From the NCBI GenBank assembly GCA_964450845.1, contig CAYVGZ010000043.1, positions 1-13,067 of the forward strand: DNA of 13,067 nt, read 5' to 3'. The number at the start of each line of letters is the position of its first letter. Position 1 is the first letter of the stretch. The notes beneath the pieces are model-generated. The model ran no database searches, was not told where the DNA came from, and worked only from the letters and a program-made list of their open reading frames with translations. Shown here in pieces: positions 6,959 to 12,865 of this stretch. Position numbers and translations under genes: made by a program. This DNA comes from an uncultured Candidatus Bathyarchaeia archaeon. Its GTDB lineage: Archaea; Thermoproteota; Bathyarchaeia; Bathyarchaeales; Bathycorpusculaceae.

Positions 6959-8098
6959 TTATGCCTCGACGTTCTCCAGTCTAACCTTTCTTACCATATT
7001 TTGAAGGTTTTCCATATGTTTCTTATGATCATAAGTCCACGATCCATTCTTAAAATACTCGTAGGAAATGGTTTGGCGTGAAGAGTTTTCAAAGTCCTGA
7101 ATTACGTAGCGGTAGCTCTCTAGAAAACCAGTTTTAATGAGCTTTGATAAGGCTTTTAAAAAGTTTTTAAACTCTGATCTTGGAAGATAGACGTATGCAT
7201 AGAGAGCATTTTTGCCTAAGATCTTGCCAAGAGTTTTTGCGAATGGTTTATCTAACATTGAAGATGCGAATTTTGCAAGCTTTTCATAATTATCGAAGCT
7301 AAAGATGAAAAAGCAAAAATCTGAGGTTTCTCTGCCGAAATGAAAGGCTGTAACTTCAAAGCTTTCAATTAAACCTCTCCTAATTAGATGCTGGTGATAA
7401 TGATATCGAGCCAGTTGTGGAGATATTTTAAGCATTTCCGCTAATTTGGCTATTTTAATCGTTGCGTCCTTTTCCAACTCCTTTAACATTAGCACATCGA
7501 TTTCGTCCCCTAGAATGGGGAAATCTTTAGGTTCAATTAGCGTGTAGGGCAATTTTGTTTGCTCATTTTTGATCTCTTCAATCCAGTTATCCCACTGAAG
7601 GCTCCAGTATCCCAGCTGCTTGTCAAACCACATACTCCTTGAATTAACCGAGTGGAAACACGTGGACCAAAAAACATCAACGTTTTTAGCCACACCTAAT
7701 CTTTTAATTTCGTTGAGAAATTGCTCAAATTCATTGCGGTGAATTTTCGGAATCGCAAAGACACTAACGCAACCTTCAAACATGCCATAACATCTTGAAA
7801 TAGCAAGCCAAAACCCATTCTGTTTTAGGCAATTAAAGAGTAAATCCTCATACCCGGGAATCGCTTCAGCCAAAACGACAGCTTTCTTAAGTCCTAAATT
7901 AGTATGGTAAATGTTTACGTTCATTCTTAAAAAAATTTGGGAGCGAAGGCGCTTCAGCTTTTTACGCAAAGTTTCTGCAGGCATGCCTAGCTTCCTAGCA
8001 ACTTCTGACACATTTCTAGGACCATAAGTTGCCAAGTCTTCTAGAATTCTTAGATCAGATAGGCTGAGATTGATATTCTCAATCGGCAAGTGTGTCAA
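6959..8098 (-). CDS. Tandem (double) Lrp/AsnC-like winged-helix transcriptional regulator
   Basis: HTH1 DLRILEDLATYGPRNVSEVARKLGMPAETLRKKLKRL and HTH2 DEIDVLMLKELEKDATIKIAKLAEMLKISPQLARYH. Each is followed by a ~120-140 aa alpha/beta effector-type region ending in an aromatic 'F.x..G.W' motif. Start is TTG 8098 or, better spaced from AGGAG (8103-8099), TTG 8089. Confidence 0.8.
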   Translation of the reverse strand: MTHLPIENINLSLSDLRILEDLATYGPRNVSEVARKLGMPAETLRKKLKRLRSQIFLRMNVNIYHTNLGLKKAVVLAEAIPGYEDLLFNCLKQNGFWLAISRCYGMFEGCVSVFAIPKIHRNEFEQFLNEIKRLGVAKNVDVFWSTCFHSVNSRSMWFDKQLGYWSLQWDNWIEEIKNEQTKLPYTLIEPKDFPILGDEIDVLMLKELEKDATIKIAKLAEMLKISPQLARYHYHQHLIRRGLIESFEVTAFHFGRETSDFCFFIFSFDNYEKLAKFASSMLDKPFAKTLGKILGKNALYAYVYLPRSEFKNFLKALSKLIKTGFLESYRYVIQDFENSSRQTISYEYFKNGSWTYDHKKHMENLQNMVRKVRLENVEA

Positions 8099-8125
8099 CT
8101 CCTAATATAATTAGTAATATGCCTT

Positions 8126-8140
8126 CTTTAAATTTTCAGT
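8126..8140 (-). promoter_or_regulatory. Candidate BRE/TATA promoter for the tandem Lrp-like regulator
   Basis: The minus strand reads ACTGAAAA-TTTAAAG just after the peptide gene stop. Canonical spacing would put the TSS near 8103. Confidence 0.5.
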
Positions 8141-8143
8141 TTT

Positions 8144-8338
8144 TCAGCTAGGGAAGACTGGATTGTCAACAGGGTCGCCTGTAGGTTGAATGTTTCCATA
8201 GCCTGTGGTTACTGCTATGGTTTTTGTTACACTAGATGAAACTGGTGTTGGAATTTTCAACGTCACAGCTACTGTGGCAATTGTTGAAATTGTAGCGAGA
8301 AGTGTTAGAGCTAGTAAGAATATAACTTTCATGTTCAA
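8144..8338 (-). CDS. Small exported/membrane-anchored peptide precursor (62-64 aa) with a C-terminal QPTGDPVDNPVFPS motif
   Basis: Strong SD GGAGGTGA (8350-8343) followed by TTG 8338 or ATG 8332. Translation from ATG: MKVIFLLALTLLATISTIATVAVTLKIPTPVSSSVTKTIAVTTGYGNIQPTGDPVDNPVFPS. It has an n-region Lys, a hydrophobic h-region, a Thr/Ser/Val-rich linker and a Pro-periodic tail. The 8413 start in the ORF track runs through the divergent promoter and is unlikely. Confidence 0.8.
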   Translation of the reverse strand: MNMKVIFLLALTLLATISTIATVAVTLKIPTPVSSSVTKTIAVTTGYGNIQPTGDPVDNPVFPS

Positions 8339-8396
8339 TTTCTCACCTCCATTTTTGTTTTTTAACCCAGAAAGATAATATGTATAGATGAAAAGA

Positions 8397-8410
8397 AAAA
8401 AAGTTATATG
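8397..8410 (+). promoter_or_regulatory. Candidate BRE/TATA promoter for the PadR-like gene
   Basis: AAAAAAG-TTATATG about 31 nt upstream of GTG 8442. Confidence 0.55.
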
Positions 8411-8414
8411 CAAT

Positions 8415-8434
8415 TAGCTTCTAGAAGTAGCTTC
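8415..8434. repeat. Perfect 10-bp palindrome CTTCTAGAAG overlapping a TAGCTTC direct repeat (candidate operator)
   Basis: Palindrome at 8418-8427; TAGCTTC at 8415-8421 and 8428-8434; located between the TATA box and the PadR-like start. Confidence 0.45.
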
Positions 8435-8441
8435 CATAGGT

Positions 8442-8774
8442 GTGTTAACTTTGGAATCTGAGATTCTGGTGAAAATGAATAGAAGGGTCGTCACTGTTTT
8501 TCTAGACGCATTGATTTTGTTGAAGTTAAGGAATGCCCCGTTGAGCGGTTACGACATCGTTTCCTACATTCATAAACGCTTTGCTGTGCCTATCTGCGCG
8601 GGTACGGTTTACACATGTTTATATCACCTTGAAAGAGACGGGCTAATTAAAGGAGACTATGCTCAGAGGAAAAAGACGTATGTGCTGAGCGAAAAGGGAA
8701 GTGAAACGGTGAAAACCCTGTTAAGTATGAGGGACAAGATTTTAGGACTTGTTTTAAACATCGTTATGGGCTAA
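8442..8774 (+). CDS. PadR-family winged-helix transcriptional regulator (short type)
   Basis: LDALILLKLRNAPLSGYDIVSYIHKRFAVPICAGTVYTCLYHLERDGLI...RKKTYVLSEKG matches the PadR pattern (GY.I, GTVY..L..LE..GLI, R..Y.L...G). 110 aa. Confidence 0.88.
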   Translation: MLTLESEILVKMNRRVVTVFLDALILLKLRNAPLSGYDIVSYIHKRFAVPICAGTVYTCLYHLERDGLIKGDYAQRKKTYVLSEKGSETVKTLLSMRDKILGLVLNIVMG

Positions 8775-8898
8775 TTAGTCTTTTTTCAAGGCGCCTTACT
8801 ACGTTAAGAGGTTGCTTGGACACAAAACTCTCTAAACGCGGAGATTTACATACACATTGAACATGCCACATTCCAAACAGAAAAGCGGTAAGCTCCAA
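8764..8898 (-). CDS. Possible 44-aa hypothetical protein with a CxC motif (tentative)
   Basis: TTG 8898 gives MELTAFLFGMWHVQCVCKSPRLESFVSKQPLNVVRRLEKRLISP. It occupies the otherwise empty gap before rpl22 and overlaps the padR 3' end by 11 nt. There is no clear SD, so it may be spurious. Confidence 0.3.
   Translation of the reverse strand: MELTAFLFGMWHVQCVCKSPRLESFVSKQPLNVVRRLEKRLISP
8781..8786 (+). terminator. Possible oligo-T terminator after the PadR-like gene
   Basis: T6 tract 6 nt after the TAA. Confidence 0.35.
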
Positions 8899-8961
8899 GT
8901 GAAAGTAGCTGAAACTACCTGCAAAACGGAAACGGTGAGTGTGGAAATCAGTAAGAATTAT

Positions 8962-8977
8962 GGAAAACAATATAAAT
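8962..8977 (+). promoter_or_regulatory. Candidate BRE/TATA promoter for the ribosomal protein operon
   Basis: GGAAAACA-ATATAAAT about 43 nt upstream of the rpl22 GTG; SD GGAGA at 9006-9010. Confidence 0.55.
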
Positions 8978-9019
8978 CGCTATAACGCTGTTCAATTGCA
9001 CAACTGGAGAGACCATAAA

Positions 9020-9508
9020 GTGCCAAAATGGGGATACTCTATAACAAAAGAGGAATTAGACCCTGAAAAAACCGTTAAAGCAAGCGGACGAGAGGTTAGG
9101 GTATCCCATAAATCATCAAGAGAAATATGCAAAACAATTAAGGGAATGATGCTCAGCCAAGCAAAACAATACCTTAGAGACGTTATAGATAAAAAACGAG
9201 CTGTTTCCTTCACAAGATTCAAAAAGAAGGCTGGACACCGCCACGGATTGGAAAAGGCCTATGCAGGGAGATACCCAGTAAAAGCATCAAAACAAATATT
9301 AAAAATAATAGAAGGAGCAGAAGCCAACGCCGAATACAAAGGCTTAGACACAGAAAGACTCCGTATCATTCACGCATCTGCATATCCGGGGATGAAGATT
9401 AAGCGGTACACTCCAAGAGCTCAAGGAAGATCCGCACCGACTTTTGAAACCGTATGTCACATTGAAGTAGTTCTGGAAGAACGGCCAGAAAAAGGGGAAG
9501 AAGTATAA
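9020..9508 (+). CDS. rpl22: 50S ribosomal protein uL22
   Basis: Start reassigned to GTG 9020 (MPKWGYS) after SD GGAGA. Motifs VSHKSSREIC..IKGM, AGHR, GRYPVKA, NAEYKGLD and PRAQGR; first gene of the cluster. Confidence 0.97.
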   Translation: MPKWGYSITKEELDPEKTVKASGREVRVSHKSSREICKTIKGMMLSQAKQYLRDVIDKKRAVSFTRFKKKAGHRHGLEKAYAGRYPVKASKQILKIIEGAEANAEYKGLDTERLRIIHASAYPGMKIKRYTPRAQGRSAPTFETVCHIEVVLEERPEKGEEV

Positions 9509-10194
9509 TGGCTGTCGTCAAACATTTTATAACAGAGTCCATGAAGAAAACGGAAATCGACGAGTTTCTACAGAAAAAACTTGAAAGAGCTGGATATGGC
9601 GGAGTAACAATATCAAAAACTCCGTTGGGAACCCACATGGTAATCTATGCTATGCGTCCCGGCTTGGTAATAGGACGTGGTGGAGAAAGTATAAAAGAGC
9701 TTGCAAGTATTTTAGAAGAAAAATTTAAAGTTTCAAACCCGCAAATTTCTGTTTCCGAAATTGAAATTCCAGAATTAAATGCTTATGTTGTTGCTTCACG
9801 TATTGCTTCAGCCCTACAAAGGGGCATACATTTCAGACGCGCTGGTTTTTGGGCTTTGAACCAAGTTATGGATGCTGGAGCCCTAGGCGCAGAAATAGTC
9901 ATAAGTGGTAAGTTGAGAACTGAAAGGGCAAGATTTGAGAAGTTCCGTGCTGGATATTTGGCAAGATGCGGAGAACCAGCACTAAAATATATGCATAAAG
10001 CCGAAGTTCACGTTCAACTAAAACCAGGCATATTCGGTATAAGAGTTAGAATAATGCCGCCAGACGCAGTTTTTCCAGACAAAATCCAAATAATCGAGGC
10101 TATTCCACCAGAAGAGGAAAAAATGGAAGAGACATTGGAAGCAAAGGAAGAAAAAACTGAAGAACCAAGCGAAGAAAAGGAGGAAACTGAGTAG
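9508..10194 (+). CDS. rps3: 30S ribosomal protein uS3
   Basis: KTPLGT..VIYA.RPGLVIGRGG..I KH domain, FRRAG..AL..VMDAGALGAEIVISGKL; TAATG overlap with rpl22; acidic C-tail. Confidence 0.98.
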   Translation: MAVVKHFITESMKKTEIDEFLQKKLERAGYGGVTISKTPLGTHMVIYAMRPGLVIGRGGESIKELASILEEKFKVSNPQISVSEIEIPELNAYVVASRIASALQRGIHFRRAGFWALNQVMDAGALGAEIVISGKLRTERARFEKFRAGYLARCGEPALKYMHKAEVHVQLKPGIFGIRVRIMPPDAVFPDKIQIIEAIPPEEEKMEETLEAKEEKTEEPSEEKEETE

Positions 10195-10434
10195 ATGCCA
10201 ATACTGCGAGTCAAAGAGATACGGGATATGCCCTCCGAAGAACGAATTAGAAAACTCGGCGAACTAAGAACAGAGCTTCTAAGATTGAAAACTATGATTA
10301 GAGCAGGCGGTACCGTGGAAGACCCATCCAGAGTAAGAGAATTGCGAAAAACAGTTGCCCGCATACTGACCATAGAGAACGAGCAAAAAATCGAATCGCG
10401 AAAAACGAAGAGTAAGAAGGAGAAAAAGAAATGA
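10195..10434 (+). CDS. rpl29: 50S ribosomal protein uL29
   Basis: LRVKEIRDM..EER..KL.ELR.EL and RVRELRKTVARILTI; position after rps3. Confidence 0.96.
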   Translation: MPILRVKEIRDMPSEERIRKLGELRTELLRLKTMIRAGGTVEDPSRVRELRKTVARILTIENEQKIESRKTKSKKEKKK

Positions 10435-10712
10435 AAGTGACGCCAGATGTAATCCGCTTCGAATTCATCGGAACCGAAGCCAAAGTTTCCAAAAGCACGC
10501 ATCCCGGTTATGTTGGAATATACGGCAAAATAATAGATGAAACTCGAAACACCCTCACAATCTTACATAAAGGAAAAAGAAAAATAGTCGTAAAAAACTC
10601 CGCAGTTTTCCATTTCAAGTTTCCTGATGGAACAATTGTTGAAATTAACGGCAAAATTCTTGTAGGAAAACCAGAAGACCGCCTCAAAAGGCACATTAGG
10701 AGACTGTGGTGA
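10431..10712 (+). CDS. rnp1: Ribonuclease P protein component 1 (Rpp29/POP4 homolog)
   Basis: EFIGTEAKV..ST.P.YVGI.GKIIDETRNTL and F.F.FPDG..VEI.G..L..KPEDRLK; canonical position between rpl29 and rps17; ATGA overlap. Confidence 0.95.
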   Translation: MKVTPDVIRFEFIGTEAKVSKSTHPGYVGIYGKIIDETRNTLTILHKGKRKIVVKNSAVFHFKFPDGTIVEINGKILVGKPEDRLKRHIRRLW

Positions 10713-11029
10713 TGTCGCTGACTTTTAAAAAGCCCAAGAAAACTTGTAATGATAGAAATTGCCCCTTCCACGGAGACCTCCCAGTAAGAGGTCGCGTATT
10801 AGAGGGATCAGTCGTCAGCGCAAAAATGGATAAAACAGTCATAGTGAAACGTGACTATTTACACTATGTTCCAAAGTTCATAAGGTACGAAAGGAGACAC
10901 AGCCGCATTGCTTCCCATAACCCACCTTGCATAGATGCAAAAGAGGGAGATCGAGTAATAATAGCGGAGTGCCGACCAGTAAGCAAAACTGTGTCATTTG
11001 TTGTTGTTGAAAAACTAGAGGAGAAGTAG
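10712..11029 (+). CDS. rps17: 30S ribosomal protein uS17
   Basis: CNDRNCPFHG..VRGR..G.VVSAKMDKTV..PKF.RYERR.S and ECRPVSKT.SFVV. ATG 10712 (TGATG overlap, AGGAG at 10698-10702) is preferred over GTG 10706. Confidence 0.97.
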   Translation: MSLTFKKPKKTCNDRNCPFHGDLPVRGRVLEGSVVSAKMDKTVIVKRDYLHYVPKFIRYERRHSRIASHNPPCIDAKEGDRVIIAECRPVSKTVSFVVVEKLEEK

Positions 11030-11030
11030 G

Positions 11031-11471
11031 ATGGCAGCAAAAGCAAAGCAGAGAGCACTAGTCGCAAAGGGAATGCTTGGACACGGAATGAAGATTTCAA
11101 AGGGACTGCTTGCTGGCTCAGTATTAAGATGCGCCGATAACACAGGCGCCAGAGAACTGCGTCTAGTCCAAGTTATGGGTTATAAAGGACGGTTGCGCCG
11201 TGTTCCGTCTGCCGCATTGGGCGACAGAATAACTGTTTCTGTCAGACACGGAACACCAGACATGAGAAAAAAAATCTTTCAGGCAGTAATTGTAAGACAA
11301 AGAAAAACCTTCAGAAGAGCTGATGGTATTTGGATTCAATTCGAAGACAACGCAGCAGTAATAATAACTCCAGAAGGGGAAATGAAAGGCTCAGAAATCC
11401 GTGGACCCGTAGCAAAAGAGGCTGCTGAAAGATGGCCGAGAATAGCAAGTGCCGCTAGCATAATAATATAG
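11031..11471 (+). CDS. rpl14: 50S ribosomal protein uL14
   Basis: CADNTGAREL, A.LGD.I.VSV..GTPDMRKK, AVIVRQRK..RR.DG..IQFEDNAAVI and KGSEIRGPVAKEAAERWPRIAS. Confidence 0.98.
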   Translation: MAAKAKQRALVAKGMLGHGMKISKGLLAGSVLRCADNTGARELRLVQVMGYKGRLRRVPSAALGDRITVSVRHGTPDMRKKIFQAVIVRQRKTFRRADGIWIQFEDNAAVIITPEGEMKGSEIRGPVAKEAAERWPRIASAASIII

Positions 11472-11480
11472 GTGAAACCC

Positions 11481-12095
11481 ATGCAAGCAATAAAACCAGT
11501 AACAAAACCAACAAAACAAAGAAAAATGCTCTACCAAGCGCCAGACCACATACGCTACAGACTTTTTGCTGCACCGCTCTCATCAGAACTGAGAGCATCA
11601 CATGGAGTAAAAACCCTTCCCGTCAGAAGCGGCGACTCAGTCCGAATCATGCGAGGTGACCGAAAAGGATTCGAAGGAAAAATCACGCGCATAGATAGGA
11701 GAAAATACAGGATTTACGTTGAAGGCTTAACAAGAGAAAAAGTTGATGGAACCACAATATTCGTTCCCATTCACCCCTCAAAAGTTATGATTACACGCTT
11801 AAGCCTTGATGATAAATGGAGAAAGAAAATTTTAGAAAGGAAAAAAGTAGCCCACAGAAAAGTGGAAGAGGTTGCAGAGAAGCCTCCTAAAGAAGTTGTA
11901 GAGATGAAAGAAGAAGCCGTCGAAGAAAAACCTACAGAAAAAAAGCCAAAGAGAAGAAAGAAAAAAATGGCTAAAAAGCCACCTACAAAAAAGGTGAAAG
12001 GAAAAGCCGAAGAAATCGAAAAGGAAAGGAAGCCGAAAGCAAAGAAAACAAAAGCGAAGAGCAAAACTGTTGAAGAAACGAAGGGAGGAACGTAA
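11481..12095 (+). CDS. rpl24: 50S ribosomal protein uL24 with a long charged C-terminal extension
   Basis: KPTKQRK..YQAP.H.R, L.VRSGD.VRIMRGD.KG.EGKI..ID, VEG.T.EK.DG...PIHPSKVMIT.L. GGTGA at 11471-11475 is the SD for ATG 11481 (the ORF track starts at GTG 11472). Confidence 0.96.
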   Translation: MQAIKPVTKPTKQRKMLYQAPDHIRYRLFAAPLSSELRASHGVKTLPVRSGDSVRIMRGDRKGFEGKITRIDRRKYRIYVEGLTREKVDGTTIFVPIHPSKVMITRLSLDDKWRKKILERKKVAHRKVEEVAEKPPKEVVEMKEEAVEEKPTEKKPKRRKKKMAKKPPTKKVKGKAEEIEKERKPKAKKTKAKSKTVEETKGGT

Positions 12096-12097
12096 AT

Positions 12098-12865
12098 TTG
12101 GGTAAGAAAGGAGGATCAACAGGGTTAAAGCGTAAACCTGCACCAAGATTCTGGCCAATTCATAGAAAGGAATTTGTCTGGATTGTAAAACCCTCTGCAG
12201 GGCCACATTCCCTTCAAGAATGCTTGCCTTTGGCAATTGTTCTACGTGATATTCTTGGATTTGCCAAGACAAGGAAAGAGGGTAAAAAAATAATTTCGCA
12301 AGGAAAGGTATGTGTCGATGGGAAAGTTAGACGTAAAGACAACTTTCCAGTGGCTCTAATGGATGCCATTTCAATACCAGATGCTGACAAATGCTTCCGA
12401 ATACTACCATCCAAAAAAGGCTTAATTCTTCATTCGATAGGCAAAGAGGAAGCAGTTTTCAAATTATGCAGAATAGAAAATAAAAACGTCACGAAAAAAG
12501 GGCACATACAACTCAACCTTCATGACGGTTCAAATATTTTGGTGAAGGTTGCTGATCCGAAAAATCCACAGGAGGACGTTTACCACGCTTTTGATACAGT
12601 TAAAATAAGCCTTCCAGAAAAGCAAATCCTTGAACATGTAAAAATGAAGGAAAATGATTTTGCGATAATAACTGGTGGAAAAAACATTGGAGAATATGGC
12701 AAAATAGTTGAACTCGAAAGTGCGAAGGCGAAGAAACGTAGAAATGCTTTTGCGATAATCGAGAATGAGAAAGGCAATCGTTATCAAACAATCTTGAATT
12801 TCGTCTTTGTAATAGGCGAAAAACAGCCAATAATATCCCTACCGGAGACAACCAAAGATGTCTGA
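12098..12865 (+). CDS. rps4e: 30S ribosomal protein eS4 (S4e)
   Basis: LKRKPAPRFWPI.RK, PSAGPH, PL.IVLRD.LG.AKT..E, VDGKVR.KD.FPV.LMD, NLHDG.N and ITGGKN.G.YG.I; TTG start after GGGAGG. Confidence 0.97.
   Translation: MGKKGGSTGLKRKPAPRFWPIHRKEFVWIVKPSAGPHSLQECLPLAIVLRDILGFAKTRKEGKKIISQGKVCVDGKVRRKDNFPVALMDAISIPDADKCFRILPSKKGLILHSIGKEEAVFKLCRIENKNVTKKGHIQLNLHDGSNILVKVADPKNPQEDVYHAFDTVKISLPEKQILEHVKMKENDFAIITGGKNIGEYGKIVELESAKAKKRRNAFAIIENEKGNRYQTILNFVFVIGEKQPIISLPETTKDV

Noticed and set aside
8144-8230. Peptide as a lasso-peptide or graspetide precursor (Gly...Asp, Thr-rich)
   Set aside because: With Thr at -2 (TT|GYG...) the first Asp falls at position 10, outside the usual 7-9. No lasso cyclase/peptidase, ATP-grasp, radical SAM or YcaO gene is in the window, and the N-terminus looks like a secretion signal rather than a RiPP leader.
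8339-8413. N-terminal 25-27 aa extension of the peptide ORF (start at TTG 8413)
   Set aside because: It runs through the padR promoter and through the SD GGAGGTGA, which points to TTG 8338 or ATG 8332.
8939-9019. 27-aa N-terminal extension of uL22 or an upstream leader peptide
   Set aside because: It overlaps the BRE/TATA-like element and the SD. uL22 homology starts at MPKWGY (GTG 9020).
10195-10712. No SUI1/aIF1 gene between rpl29 and rnp1
   Set aside because: Its presence there varies by lineage. The ATGA overlap shows an intact junction, so this is ordinary.
23-12851. The many 60-160 aa ORFs nested in or antisense to hyp, eamA and ribosomal genes
   Set aside because: They overlap well-supported genes, have no recognisable motifs or SD, and have shadow-like composition.
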